A stretch of 64,000 bases of DNA from Callorhinchus milii (GCF_018977255.1 NW_024704742.1:28460001-28524000), one strand, 5' to 3'; positions 37,828-51,612 are shown, counted from the stretch's first letter. The notes: a model not told the origin generated them from the letters alone. Translations and numbers: made by a program.

Positions 37828-38830
37828 TGCTCCCTCTTGTTAACATAATCTGCAGACATGGGGTCAACTTCCACATGTATACGGATGACACCCAACTGTT
37901 CCTCTCTGCCTCCACCCCTGACTCCAGGACCACTGCTGTCCTGATAGAATGTCTGTCAGACATCAAGTCTTGGATGAGAGCTAACTTTCTTCAGTTGAAC
38001 GTCAACAAGACCGAGGCTCTCCTGATTGGCTCCCGTCAGCGCCTCCTCACCTCAGGCGCTGACAGCATCACCATCCATGGTTGCTCACTCCACCTTACTA
38101 AGCCAGTCCGGGACCTTGGGCTCTTGTTTGAGCATGAATTATTCTTTCTACCCCACATCTGAGCCATGACCCGCTCTGCCTTCCCCCACCACAGCAACAT
38201 CGCCCGGCTCCGCCACTGTTTCACACTCCAGGCCACCGAAAACCTTCATTACATTGAGGCTCAACTATGCAAACTCATTGCTTGTTGGCCTCCCCAACTC
38301 CTCCCTCCATAGGCTGCAGATCATCCAGAACTCTGCAGCCTGTGTTCTCTCCCGCATTAGGCTCCACGACCCTATCACCCCCATCCTTGCTCAACTCCAC
38401 TGGCTTCCCATCACACAGAGGATACAGCTCAAGATCCTGGTCCTCACCTTGAAAGCCCTCCATGGTCTTGCTCCCCCCTACCTCTGCAACCTCCTAACCT
38501 CCTGTGATCCTGCTCGCTCCCTCTGCTCAGCGGGCTCCGGCCTGCTTCACGTCCCCCGCCTCGCTCACCCCACTATTGGTGGACAGGCCTTCTGCCACTC
38601 TGCCCCCATCCTCTGGAACTCCATCCCGCAGTCCATCCATCTCGCCCCCTCCCTTGCCACCTTGAAGACCCTTTTCAACCTTTTCAACCATGTTCTCGAT
38701 TTCCCTGTTTCCACCCCCCTCCCTCCCCTCTCCCCGACCCTGACCCACAGCTCTGGTCTGAAACTCTGTCTATCCAGCACCTTAGGACATCCTCCCGACG
38801 TGAAAGGTGCTATACAAATGTTGTTGTTGT
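37828..38830 (+). mobile_element. L2 LINE, 5'-truncated (RT C-terminal part plus tail)
   Basis: ORFs 37761-38162 (HMYTDDTQL, WMRANFLQLNVNKTE) and 38254-38850 (RLNYANSLL, LHWLPI); ends 'gtgctatacaaatgttgttgttgt'. Confidence 0.95.
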
Positions 38831-39061
38831 ATTTCTTTGCATTTCTTTAAAGCTCACACTTTGAAGGTTTAGTCTAACACCTCTGATACTCCTTATTCTC
38901 TATATTATTTGTACCCCACTTAACTCTCAATGCATCTATATAGCCTTTGGCCTTCCATTTGTATGGATGTAGCCAAAATACATTTGTTTGGATATCTGTT
39001 GTTTGTCTCCAGTTCTAACTGACTATCGTGTTCTTTTCACTTCTAATGCTAATTTTAATTA

Positions 39062-39276
39062 ATGCTCCCAGCCTTGCCTCCTTCAAGGCATGCCTCAAGA
39101 CCCTCCTTCGCCTATGCCATCAGCCACCCACCTATCCTCCCTGCTTTCCATCCTCTCTGATCCCAATCCCCCCACCCCCTCCCCCCACTCGGGTCCTGAT
39201 CCCTGACTGTTCAGTGCCTTAGGACGTCCTCCCGACATGAAAGGCGCTTTACAAATGTAATTTTGTATTGTATTGT
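39062..39276 (+). mobile_element. L2 3' tail
   Basis: APSLASFKACLKT then 'gccttaggacgtcctcccgacatgaaaggcgct'. Confidence 0.85.
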
Positions 39277-40479
39277 AACCTCAATGGACATTTGTATGCC
39301 TCCAACTCCAACTAGTCTCTGTTTTGTTGTATCTCTTAAAATATTTCTGCTTGGCCTGCAGATTATTCATGCCATTTGAATTCAAATACTCTGTTCTTCC
39401 AATTCTGGTCTTTTGTTCGCTTTTCTCTCCTTCCTTCCCACCATCAGCTGCTAAGCCTTTAACCACTATATTCTTGTCCTCCAGAAATCTCTTCCAAAAC
39501 CTCTTGTTTCTTCTCTCCCTACCTTCACAAAACTCTGGAAAGCATATCCCTGACTGTGCTTTGGGTCAACATCTTTAAATCCTTTTTTTCCTTGTTCAGT
39601 ACTCTCTCATATAATTTATAAAATTCTAAGTTATTAATTATAAGTTATATAGTATATAATTTATATTATATAATCCTATAATTGGCTGCCGCATTTGGCC
39701 CACAAAATGCACACTTTACAATATATTCTGTGAAACGCTTTGTGATGTCTCAATGACGTGATAAGCCGCTATATCAAATGCAAGGATTATTATTATTATT
39801 ATATCTGTGAACTGCTTTGAAACATTCAACTCATATGAAAGGTCCAATGCAAGTATAAGTTGCTGTGGTTGTGGCTTGGTGTTGCCTTATTTCTTCATTT
39901 TTTAACAGAGAGGTATTTATTTTTCTATATCCCTTAAGATGGTTTCATATTTTCATTGCTTAAAATCTTAAATTTTCCAATAGCTGTTTTATTTTCTAGT
40001 AACATGTTTCATTTGATCCTTCCCAAATCTTTTCTCATAGCTCGCAAGGTATTTTGTCCGAAGATTTGTTTTGGACTTGTCATTATTATATAAAATCTAA
40101 TTGTACAATGATGACTTGAAGCTACCAAGTTACTAATTGGCCTTTGCAGAATGTTAAATACTGAATGTAATGTAACAATTGCCAGAGTTCTCTGCTTTGC
40201 AGGTTGTGTGAAACAGTCTATGTGGCTATGAAAGGGAAATATTTATTTTCTACATCGCAGAACTGTAAACAACAGGGACATCATTGCAGCTCCTCATAAT
40301 ATGTGATTGAATTATTACCTGTGATACTCATGACATTCAATGCCCAATGCCAAATACAGAGTCACTACATTTTTATGCAATTCTGCACTCAATCCCGTGA
40401 AGCGCTTTGGGACGTTTCAGCAATATAAAACACTATATGAACTGCAAGGATTATTATTATTATATTTTATCAAATTATG

Positions 40480-40745
40480 TCAACAACAACAACTTGCACT
40501 TAGATAGCGCCCTCCACACAGGGTAGCTTTTCAGAGCGCTTAACAGTGGCGGAACCTGACTCCGAGGAGGTGGGAGGTGGCCATAGGCACGGTTGAACAG
40601 GAAAGTTTTCAGGCGGGAATTGAAAGAGAGAGGGCAAGGCGAAGGGATCGAGGGAGAGTGTTCCAGAGTTTTGGGGCATAGTGGCTGAAATCACGACCTC
40701 CAATGTGGGGCGGAGGGTTCGAGGGACGAGCAGGTGCAGTGCAGG
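40480..40745 (-). mobile_element. L2 3' end (second subfamily)
   Basis: (CAA)n tail, 'atagcgccctccacacaggg...cagagcgctt'; tail resembles that of the L2 at 43030-44380. Confidence 0.8.
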
Positions 40746-41744
40746 TCAAGTGCAGAATAAACAGAGGAGGTAATGTCCCATCACTTTGATTTCACTCTGA
40801 TTGCAAAGATGGTTTGCTGGATTACATTTAGTTTTCCAGGATTAGAAAAGTGTTGACTGTACAATTGGTTCTAACATTTGATATTTCACTGGAGGTCAGA
40901 CCACAAAACCCGCTTAGAAATGTCAGCACAGCAGTTCTGTACCTGAGCGTAGTGCAGTGCAAATAACACAAGTATGTCTTTGTTGGCGACTTCCAGTGCT
41001 CTTAAAATGCTACTAATGTCAAGATGTTCGTTGCGATATAACTGCACCACTACACTTCTTTTATTCCATCATCCATGCCTGCTTTGTAAATACCACACAA
41101 TGCTCTTGCAGGTAATATTTCTGATGAATTAGAAGACCACTTATGCCTCTAATTTGTATGGCTAAAAGTCTATGGGTTCTGACTTCTTTTGAATTATTCC
41201 ATTAGTTCAGGAATAGGAGGTTGAATGGCAATGCCAAGCTCTGTGACAGCTTATGTCAAGGTATTGACTGTTGAAATAAACCTTCAATAAGTTAACTATT
41301 GCATAATTATACATCACTGCCACATCTCAGGCTGATGAGCGCTCCATTAGAGAAAAAGCGCAAGCTTTTTATGGTCAGATTGGTTTAGTACATATTTGAT
41401 GGGTATCTCTATGACCCAAAATAGCCACGGATTTGGCATTTTTGCATAAATTAAAGTTAATAATAATACGTGTATTTAGTACCTATAATCCTCGTACGAA
41501 GCACTTATGACCTTCAAATGCACTTGACAGGACACAGTGGTCAATGAGGTCACGCCTTCCTCTCAGCTAATTCTGGGTTGTTTCATCCTCCTCCCACACA
41601 ACCTGTCCCCTTCTCTGCTCACTGTCGGTGGGTGAGTGTTCAGCCACTTTGTCCCCTCCCTCTACAACTCTTTCTGCAAAGTTAATACCGTAATGAATTA
41701 TTGTGAATCGCTGTTGACCAGGGCAAAGAAGAATCAATACAATT

Positions 41745-42120
41745 ACATAAAGTAATACACATGGAAACAGGCCAATCAGTACAACTAGTCCATGCTAATA
41801 TTTATACTTCACATAAATCTCTGCCCCTCCTAATCCCTTCTACTACACACCTCCCTCAATTCTCTTCTCTCTCATGTATTCATCAAGTTTCCTCTTGAAT
41901 ACATTGATGGTTTTTGCTTCAACCACAGCTTCTGGCAGTAAGTTCCACATTCTTGAGACCTCCTGCATAAAGAGATTTCTTTCAGATTTGTTTGTGGCTA
42001 TGTTATATTCATCCACCTCCCATCCCCACCCCCCCACCAGTTTTGTTTTGGAGACACCAACAAGTGGAAACAGTCTATTTATATCCCACCTTATCAAATT
42101 CGTTCAGAATTTTAAACACA
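41745..42120 (-). mobile_element. CR1 LINE 3' end
   Basis: ORF 41843-42097: RLFPLVGVSKT...RMWNLLPEAVVEAKTINVFKRKLD. Confidence 0.85.
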
Positions 42121-43029
42121 AACTCCCTTTTTTTTTTGATTTGTGTCATGGAGGCTTTAACTTCCACCACTAGAACAGTGGATCTTCAATTTAACATCTA
42201 ATCTGAAGGTCAGCACCACTGTCAATGCAAGACTGCTGCAGTAAAGCAATCCAGCAGTTTGGACTGTAAGCTCAAAGGCCTGACATGGGAGTGTCTGACC
42301 TGAACCCAGAAGCGAGAGTTGCTACCAACTGAGCCAAGCTGACACCTAAATTGGATAGAAATAGGTCATGCATACAATATGTTTTTTTATATATCGTACT
42401 GCAATGTAAATAAGGTATGTTTCAATATTTTGTTTTTACAATTGCCTACCATCTTAATAATTAGGGCTTCCAATGACATATTATAATGCTGCAGTTTAAA
42501 TTGTGTCTCTTCACATTGGGCATCAGTGACTCCGAACTTGTTTGGTGTGAAGTTAAAATAAATACAGCCACCCAATTGGAACCAAAGAAAGCGCTGCAAA
42601 ATGTCAGATTAAAATTTGAAAGAAATGCAAATACTATGAATTATACAAAAACACCTCACATGAATGTGTCTTGGTGAACTGGTGGAAAGACGACAGTCTG
42701 AACAATTTCTTATCTTAATTGGTTAAGCAGAAATCTGCTTCAGAAATAGCGATCTACAAATGAAACTGGTCCATGTTGTAAATCAGAAATAATGATTTCT
42801 GACAAGATATTCATAAATATTTCTTCAGGGGGCAATCACAGTAAGGTTTGGGAGCATGAAGATCTTACCAGTAGGAGAAAATAATAGTAAGTAGGATGGT
42901 AATATTTACTCATCGTACAAAACATTTAGCAAAGCCGAACTCATGTAGCTTGATCGTGTACTAATTATTTTGATTGCCTGATCAGTTTCCGGCATTAACT
43001 TGTAGCTTAAACACTTACTTGCGTTGTTG

Positions 43030-44380
43030 TCAACCAAGTTTGCGCACACCTCTCCCTCCACTCCCTACTCGAACTCCTCCAGTCCGGTTTCCGACCTGCC
43101 CACAGTACAGAGACAGCACTCATGAAAGTCACAAACTATATGATTTCTATCTGTGACCAGGGCTCCCTCTGCCTCCTCGTCCTCCTGGACCTCTCTGCCA
43201 CGTTCAGCACAGTCAATCACGCCATCCTCCTCCACAGCCTTTCCTCCGTCATCCACCTCAATGTGACTGCACTCACTTGGTTCGGGTCCTGCCTTACAAA
43301 CTGCCAGCACTACATTTCTGCAAATGGCTTTTCTTCTTGTTTCCATCCGGTCACCTGTGGGGTACCCCAAGGATCCATCCTTGACCCCCTTCGCTTCCTC
43401 ATCTATATGCTCACTCTCGGTGATGTCATCTACAGACACGGGGTTAACTTCCACATGCATGCAAATGACACTCAACTCTACTTTTCCACCTCCAGCTGCG
43501 ACCCCTAGTTCCCTGATGTTCTGTCAACTTGTCTGCCGGACATCAAGAGCTGGATGAGCGCAAATTTCCTGCAGTTAAACGTCAACAAGACAAAAGCTAT
43601 ACTTTTTGGCTTCCCATCAACATCTTCTGCCCCATGGTTCCGACCTCTTCAACCTACCAGATTTGTCCTTAAAACTCTCTGACCCGTGCGCAACTTAGGC
43701 ATCAGGTTCGATCCCCAGTTATTCTTCCTCCCCCATACTGAGTCCCTGACCAGCACAGTTTTCTTCCACCACTGTCACATTACCTGTCTCTGATAATACC
43801 TCACCCTGTCAAAATCCTTGTTCATGCCTTTGTCATCTCTTGCCTGTACTACTCGAACGCCCTCCTCTCCAGTCTCCCCTCCTCCACTATTCACAAAATT
43901 CAGCTCTTCAAAACTCCCCCGTCCGCATTCTCACCCGCATCACACTTTGCAGCCCAATTACTCCAGTCCTTGCCAATCTCCACTGGCTCCCTGTCACAAA
44001 GTGGATCGACTTCAAGATCCTCGCTCTGGTGTTTAAGTCCCTCCATTCCTTGACACCCCCCTATCTCTCTAACCTCCTCTCTCCCCACGCAGTACCTGCT
44101 GCCTCCACTCTACTGGGTCCGGCCTCCTCCGTGTCCCCCGAATCCTCTGCTCCACCATCGTGCCTTCAGCCACTACGCCCCGAAACTTTGGATCGTCCTC
44201 CCTCAACCCTTTTGCCTCGCCCCTCCTTCCCCCATCTTCAGGTCGCGCCTGAAGACCTTCCTTTTCACCTTCCCCCTCCCCCTGGCTTGGCCTCAGGCTC
44301 CGCCATTAATAAGTGCTCTGAGACTCCGCCCGGTGTGGAGAGCGCTATATAAATGCTAGTTGTTGTTATTGGTGTTGTTA
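43030..44380 (+). mobile_element. L2 LINE, 5'-truncated, RT domain plus tail
   Basis: LLDLSATFSTVNH, GVPQGSILDP, HMHANDTQLY, LHWLPV; stops and frameshifts; tail 'agcgctatataaatgctagttgttg'. Confidence 0.95.
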
Positions 44381-44589
44381 CTTCATCAGTCATTGCCTAA
44401 ATACTTCAAGCACCTCCTAATTGGTGTTTGATGAGAGACAGACAAACACAAATGTAAGAACACATACAAAGAATGGTTACTTGGGCAATTTACAGGTGGG
44501 AGGTTGGTGCCTGAGGAAGTGTTTTCCAGCTTGACACAGTGTGTTCTCCCTGTGACTCAGTGCGTAGCTTAGCACATTCTCTATCTTAA

Positions 44590-44796
44590 AAACAGCAACT
44601 TGAATTTATATAGCGCCCTTCACATGGGGTACCATCTCGGAGCGCTTAAGAGTGCAGCTGCAGGAAGTTTGTGCTCATGCAGGCCTTAATGTCTGACAAA
44701 CAAGCTGATAGAACATCAGTGGAACTGAAGTCGCAGCTGGAGGAGAAGTCAATTTGGGTTTCAACCTCGTACATGTGAAAGTTGACCCCGTGTTGG
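44590..44796 (-). mobile_element. L2 tail joined to a short L2 RT fragment
   Basis: Tail 'aacttgaatttatatagcgccc...cggagcgctt' abuts [13 protein letters not shown]...LSDIKACMSTNFLQL. Confidence 0.75.
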
Positions 44797-46426
44797 TGAA
44801 ATCTCAAATCACTTGGGGAAAACTTCCACCTGGGTTCCAGTATGGTTCTTTTCATGTTGCATTTTAGAGTATCCAAAATATAGCAAATCGTTAAATCAGA
44901 CTTAATGTGTGAAGTTATTTTTGTAAACTACGGAAAATTAACTTTGAAGTTAAGAGTGAAATACTTCCTAAGTAGAACAAATCTGGATCCAGATGGAATC
45001 TCTCCCCAAATCTGTTCTCCGGTACGATTAAATGCTTCCTCCAGCACTAATGTGTTCAGCAGAGGAAAAGAAAGGAAAGATGCAACAAAATGGCTCCCAG
45101 GAATAGACTCAATGCTACTTCTCATCAAATTATTATCAGCCGTCACTGAGATTAGATGAGGTGCTTTCCCACAGAAAGGAGCAGCATTGGGATCACTTTG
45201 AACAGCGCTTGTGCAAATCTATATAAAATATACGAAATACACAATTATTCATTCTACAGTGTATTCTTTGAAGCACTTTGAGACGTCTCAACGACATGAT
45301 AAGGCACTCTATCAAATGCAAGGATTATTATTCTTATTAAATCCCTGTCAAAGGCAGGCTAAGAAAGGCGGTGGGGGGAGGTAGCTTCAGATACAACCAT
45401 TTTGATGAAGTGGCGGGAGGGAATGAGTGCTGTTCACCAGAGCCAGACATTGACTGGGGCTTTGGAATGGATGCAGTATGGTAATATTATTACTGTAGTT
45501 ATAATTATTATGTTAACTGTCGTATTTACATGCATGTCATACCTTTTAGTATGTAATTTCACACAAGCCAGAAAAATGTGAGGCTTTGGACTGCACTTTT
45601 CATACATACACATTCACAGAGGGATAGCAACTGCTCAGCAGTACATTTGCCATATCCTACATACAAAGTGAAGAAGAAAGTAATCAGAATAAGTTGTGCC
45701 CTGAACACATTTTTGTAGCAACATGTGACAACATCGCCTGCAGGCCTGCATCTGTTTGTCTCTTTGATATGTCAGTAAATACAGCTATTTTTTGACTTGC
45801 TGCAAAATAGATCTGGGAGCTCTTTTCTGAACCACTTGCACTGATGATTGCCTCCAGGTGCATCAGGTGTGTGGGTACTGTCTTAACCCCAGGGAGGAAA
45901 TTTAACAGCCTGACCTCATTGCGCATGGAATCCTCTGGCAAAAGCTATAAGATTCACTCAGATAACACTGGCTCAGTTTAAAGGGATTGGAGAAGGGACA
46001 TTGTTGCAGCCTGGTTGAATAATAGGAATGCGTCTGATCCCAACCCCCAGCTTGGGTCCAAATCCTTAACTGTCCAAAACCTTGAGATGTCCTCTTGACA
46101 TGAAAGGTGTTATAGGAATGTGATTTGTTGTTGTATAGGAATGGATGAGACCATTTCAGTCTATTGTGAATGTACTAGCCTTCCTCAAGCAACCTAAAGC
46201 TGGTGCTTACAGAGGGCCACATCCGAAACTGCCATTCAACTCAGAACCTAAAGAAATATGAAGAGGACATTTAAAACATGCATGTGTCTTGAAATAATTT
46301 TTTTAAAAAGCGCTCTGAGCTTTTCTTCAAACAAGATCGCCCGATGGAGTCCACAAAATGGCACTGCAGAGCTGGTGTTATTTTCGTTGAGATAAATAGT
46401 ATCCTATGTTCACAGAACTATGTAGC

Positions 46427-48136
46427 ACAACAACAGCAGCAGCAACAGAATTACATTTGTAAAGCGCTTCTCACGTTGGGAGGACGTCCCAAGGCGCTGA
46501 ACAGTCAGGAATCAGGACCCGAGCATGGTGGCAGGGTTGGGATGAGGGAGGGCAGAAAGCGTAGGAGGGCAGCTGAAGGCACGGTCAAAATGGAGGGTCT
46601 TGAGTCATGCCTTGAAGGAGGCAAGAGAGGGAGCAAGGCGAAGGGATTGTGGGATGGAGTTCCAAAGAGTGAGGGGCAGAGAGCCTGAAAACAGATCAGG
46701 CGGGAGACATGGAGCAAGCCGGAGCCTGCTGAGAGGAGGGAGCAGACAGGTTGATAGGGGGTCAACAGGTCAGAGATGTAAGAGAGGTCAAGGCCGAGGA
46801 GGACCTTGAAAATGAGGACGAGGATTTTGAATTTTTTCCTCTGAGGGATGGGGAGTCAGTGGAATCAGGCGAAGGTGGAGGTAACGGGGTCACTGAGCCT
46901 ACTGCAGGAGAGGACACGAGCTGCAGAGTTCTGGATGATCTGCAGCTTGTGGAGGAAAGAGTTAGGGAGGCCAACAAGGAGTGAATTTCTGTAGTCAAGC
47001 CTTGAGGTGACGAATGTGTGAATAAGGGTTTCAGCGGCCCAATGAGTGAGGCAGTGGCAGAGTCGAGCAATGTTGCGGAGGTGGGTGAAGGCAGAGTGGG
47101 TCATGGCATGGATATGGGGGAGGAAAGGTCAGTTGAGGGTCAAACAAGACACCTAGTTTCCTAACTGGCTTGCTGAGGTGGAATGTGCAACCATGGATGC
47201 TGATGCTGCCAGTGCCTGAGGTGCGGAGGCGCTGGTGCGAGCCACTCAGGAGGGCCTCGGTCTTGCTGACATTCAGCTGTAGAGAGTTGGCTCTAATCCA
47301 GGAGTTGATGTCAGACAGACAGTCTGTCAGGACATCAGTTGTCCAGGAATCGAGGGTGAGGCAGAGATAAAGAATTGGGTGTCATCCGCGTACATGTGGA
47401 AGTTGACCCCATGTCTGCAGATGATGTCACTAAAGGGGAGCACATAAAGGTTGAAGAGGAGGGGACTGAGGACAGAGCCCTGAGGAACACCAGGAGCTGG
47501 AAGAGAAACTGTTGGCGGAGACAAATTGGAGGCGGTGTGAGAGATAAGACCTGAACCTGTGGAGTCCTGTAGCTCAGTGGTTAGAGTACTCGCCTTGCAA
47601 GCAAGACACCTGAGTTCAATTCCAGGCACAGGGCGAAACCTTGGGCAAGTTTCCTTACTCCACACGCCTAATAATAATCCCTCCAAACAAACAAAACAAT
47701 AATAAATTGGTCATTTTCAATTCACGACTGTTTGTGAGACACTGCTGTGCGCAATTGGCTGCCAAGTTTCACCCACAAATATACGATCAATTCATTTTAC
47801 AGTATATTCTGCGAAACGCTTTGAGACGTCTAGAAAATGTGAAAAAGCGCTGTATCAAATGCAAGGATTATTTTTATTTATTTAACTATTCAAGGACAGA
47901 ACCTTGAAGGTTGAGATGAGAGGAGAGGCGGTGGAGGACGATGGAGCGGTCCACGGTATCAAAGGCAGTAGTGAGGACGAGGAGGCAGAGGGAGCCCTGG
48001 ACACAGATGGACAAAATGTTGTTTGTCACCTTGACCAGAGCAGTTTCCATGCTGTGAGCAGCACAGAAACCCGATTGGAGGGGCTCGTGAAGGGAGTGGT
48101 AGGAGAGGAATGAGCGTAGTTGGGAAGAAATGACAC
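46427..48136 (-). mobile_element. L2 LINE, 5'-truncated, with a nested SINE
   Basis: [50 protein letters not shown]; (CAA/CAG) tail at 46427. Confidence 0.95.
47561..47880 (+). mobile_element. SINE family A, short form, inserted in L2
   Basis: Full head and tail; flanks 'gacctgaacc' and 'tcaaggacag' are contiguous in the related L2 near 58772-58794. Confidence 0.92.
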
Positions 48137-48392
48137 TTTTGTAATAATAATAAACTGATACATGCATTGGAGACGGGATTTTATCAGGGAAAAAGTTTCA
48201 AAGCATTTCATGCACTGAATCAAGTTGAAGTGTGTTATTGTTGTTGTATAGCTACCTGGCAACTCATCTGTGCAAGGAACCCTCCACTCAACCCCACCCC
48301 TAAACAGCAGTGAAGAAAAGAACTGGCTTGAATTTGTGGTGGTGAATTCTGATTCAGAGGAATGTTGGCCAGGATACTGGATAATATTATAT

Positions 48393-48393
<1 letters not shown>

Positions 48394-48436
<43 letters not shown>
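48394..48436. repeat. (TAA)n microsatellite inside a family B SINE
   Basis: About 14 TAA units between 'ccaggatactgg' and 'gaactcccc'. Confidence 0.95.
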
Positions 48437-48437
<1 letters not shown>

Positions 48438-48562
48438 GGATGAACTCCCCACTCTTTGAATTATTGTCATTGGATCTTTAATACCCAGTGGGACATGGCC
48501 GACAGGATCTCGGTTTAATGCTTCCTCTGAAGAATAGTGATCCTGTCCTGCTCACTATAATA

Positions 48563-48982
48563 AAAATAATAATAATACGTGCATTTAATATTGTGCCTTA
48601 TCACGTCGTTGGAATGTCTCAAAGTGCTTCACAGGATATATTATAAAGTGGATTAACTGTATTTTGTGGGTGAAACGTGGCAGCCAATTGCACACAGAAG
48701 TGTCCCACAAACAGCCATGGAACAGGTGACCAATTTTATTTGGGGGATTGTTGGCCAGAACACCGGGAGAAACTCTCTTCTCTTTTCAATTAGTGTCATG
48801 GGTTCTTTAAAGTCCACCTAAATAGGCAGACAGAACATCTCATCTGTAGGACGGAACCTCCGACAATATACCCCACCCCTCACCCCCACATCCAGCATTA
48901 CACTAGAGTGTCATCTTAGACCATGTGATTCCAAGTCCCAACATGAGCTTGAACCCTCAACCTTCTGACTTAGAGATGAGGT
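48563..48982 (-). mobile_element. Family B SINE, near full length
   Basis: Tail, Deu core and partial tRNA head ('aaccttctgacttagagatgag'). Confidence 0.85.
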
Positions 48983-49532
48983 TTACGTGCTGGAGAATTA
49001 AGACTCATCTTCCAGCAGGTAATGAAGTGGTCACCCAACCTTTACAACCTCTACACCCAACTGTAGAGTGCTTTTTTCAACCCCATTTATGGATGTAGTC
49101 TGAAATAAGTTTCATGACTCATTGAGGATTACATCTGGTGAATTAGATGATTTCTTCTCCACCACTATCTTCCATGAGTAGAGATTATTCCAGAGCATCT
49201 TGACTCATTGCCTCCAGTCCTCTTCAGCATTTCTCCTTGTGTTTCAATTCTACTGCCTGATTCACTTCCTCATTTAAGAATGTGCTGCTGCACATTTACA
49301 TCAGCATTGCATTCTGCACAGTGGCACATTTTTAAACTGGCGACTGGATCAGGCAACAGAACTGAAACAAAAGACGAAGGTTGAAGAGTACTCCAGGCAA
49401 TCAGTCAAAATGTTCTGGAATAATTTTCATATAGCTTTGCAGCCAAAAGAGTTTGGAAATATAACTCACTCTCATTCTTCACATAGTGGAGTTTATCATT
49501 ATCAATTGCTATCATTACTGATCTTTGTTATA

Positions 49533-49578
49533 TGTTTATAATGTTTATAATGTTATAATGTTTATAATGTTTATAATG
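49533..49578. repeat. 9-bp tandem repeat (TGTTTATAA), about 5 copies
   Basis: Read directly from the sequence. Confidence 0.85.
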
Positions 49579-51392
49579 AAAATCCTATATCAAAGGATCA
49601 ATGTGTTAGTGTGCAATGGATGAATAATCCCAACATAACAGTCAGAATCAAAGTGCTGAACTTATTGATTGCCGGCAGTTCATAATTCTGTTTCTGTTGT
49701 TTTGACTACATTTGTGATTAACAGGCACTTTTCAGTGAAATTTATCATCACATCTTCAGTCTGTGGAAACTTGCACTGACAGACATACCATACAGTTAAC
49801 CCCTAGAGCTTCCCCTCGTTGTAGTTGAACAGGGAAGTTGTAGCCTTCTTGTGCAATTGTAATGAAAATGTTTTCCTTCTGTTTCAATTTTGTGATTGAT
49901 GTGATGCTGTATATTTATTGAAGGTATTAATAATGTCTCAATTAACCTAATACAACCGTATATATATGTGTGTGTATTTATACCTTGTGGATTCTCCTAA
50001 ATTTCTTCATAACTTTTGGACGTCCAACACCTCCAGTTGCTATTTTGTTATAAGCTCTGATGTAGAGAATATTGGTTTTTCTATTGATAAGTATGGAGTT
50101 AATTTGAATTTCATAGTCGCAGAGATTTTCCTTTATTAGCTGGCAGTGATTCCTGTATATATTCTGTATATATTTCCTCGCAGTACAGCTTCAGCTGGAT
50201 TTATGTGGTCAGCAGCACTTCGTGACCCACTTCTCATAAACTGTTAATCCCCAGTGTGTACCATCTATTAACTAATTATTCAGCTTATATCTGGAAACTG
50301 TCAATTTATAAAATGTTACTATTTACCTCAAACAGCCTTAAATAAATAATATAATCCTTGCATTTGATATATCGTCTTATATTAGAATGTCTCAAAATGT
50401 AAGGTGTAGTCACTATGTATTTGTCGGTGAAAATAGCAGTCAATTTGCCCAGAGCATGCCCAAGAATTTCATAATAAATCTCAGGTCATGGAGTGATAGT
50501 TTTTTCATCGAGAAGATTGTGAGTTAGGACACCAAGAGAAAATCCCTTCTCTTTTCGATTAGTGCTGTGGGACAAACCAAACAGGCAGACGGCATCTCAA
50601 TTTACGTCACGTCCAAATGACAGTATGTGTGTTTGTGCATTTGTGTGTGAGTTTGGGTGTGTTTTTGTATTTTTGTGTGTATGTCTTTAATAATAATAAT
50701 AATCCTTGCATTTGATATAGCGCTTTTCACGTCAGGAGGACGTCCCAAAGCGCTTTGGGTTTGAGTTTGTGTATCTGTGTGGCTGTTTGTTGTTGTGTCT
50801 ATGCTTTTGTGTTTGTCAGACTACAAGTATAGAAAGTGAATAAATGGGAGCTCAGGGTACTTTATGAAATTCCAGATGTTTAATTAAAACATTTATTTGT
50901 ATTGCAGCAAAAAAATCAGTATAATTTAAATAAGAGACAGGTGTTACAAAATTATAACTAACAGTTTGTGTACCACATATCGATAAGTAGATATAGATCA
51001 GCCAAATGCACAACTCAGCAGTAATATAACTTCTTCCATCTCTCAGCTGCAAAAATGGTTACTCCAAATACACTGTACTTAGTTTAGTTTCAGCCGTATT
51101 CTAACCTACACTAAACTCTGTACCCACATCACACCAGTGATCTTAAAATATCAGTGTCCCACAGAAGTGAAATGGGTAGATCAGCAGGATCTTGCCATCC
51201 CATCAATACACAAACCACTGCCCAGTTACTGAATGGATGGTGGTTTTAAAAGAGCAAGCTCCAGACAGTTGCCCATGTTTTATCGAGCAGGAATAAAACA
51301 ACAAGGCATTTTACCAATTAACACTAACCCTAACCAATGAGAAGGAAAAGGGTAAAATCTCAGGATGTGGCCTCTAACAACCACTGAGAAAT

Positions 51393-51612
51393 CAACAACA
51401 ACAAATTACATGTGTATAGCGCCTTTCACATCAGGAGGATGTCGCATGGCGCTGGACAGTCAGGGATCTGCACCCGAGCTACTGGTTGGGATCAAGAGGT
51501 GTGGAGGTTAAGGGGGTGACTGAAGGCATGGTCGAAGAGGAGGGTCTTGAAACGGGTCTTGAAGGAGGCAAGGGAGGGGGCGAGGTGGAGGGATTGTGGG
51601 AATGGAGTTTCG
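51393..51612 (-). mobile_element. L2 3' tail
   Basis: (CAA)n, 'atagcgcctttcacatcaggagga', 'gggtcttgaaggaggcaagggagggggcgag'. Confidence 0.85.

Noticed and set aside
37761..38850. Functional reverse transcriptase gene (also 43122-44352, 46762-48167, 57856-59642)
   Set aside because: All are truncated L2 ORF2 pieces with stops and frameshifts; overlapping opposite-strand ORFs are shadows.
41332..41361. Hammerhead-like CTGATGA...GAAA
   Set aside because: No stem II closes directly before GAAA and no flanking stems are evident.
41567..41631. Exon-like AG...GTGAGT segment
   Set aside because: It lies in what looks like a decayed L2 3' region; the splice-like signals are probably incidental.
51324..51335. 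Interstitial telomeric repeat (ctaaccctaacc)
   Set aside because: Only two units; expected by chance.
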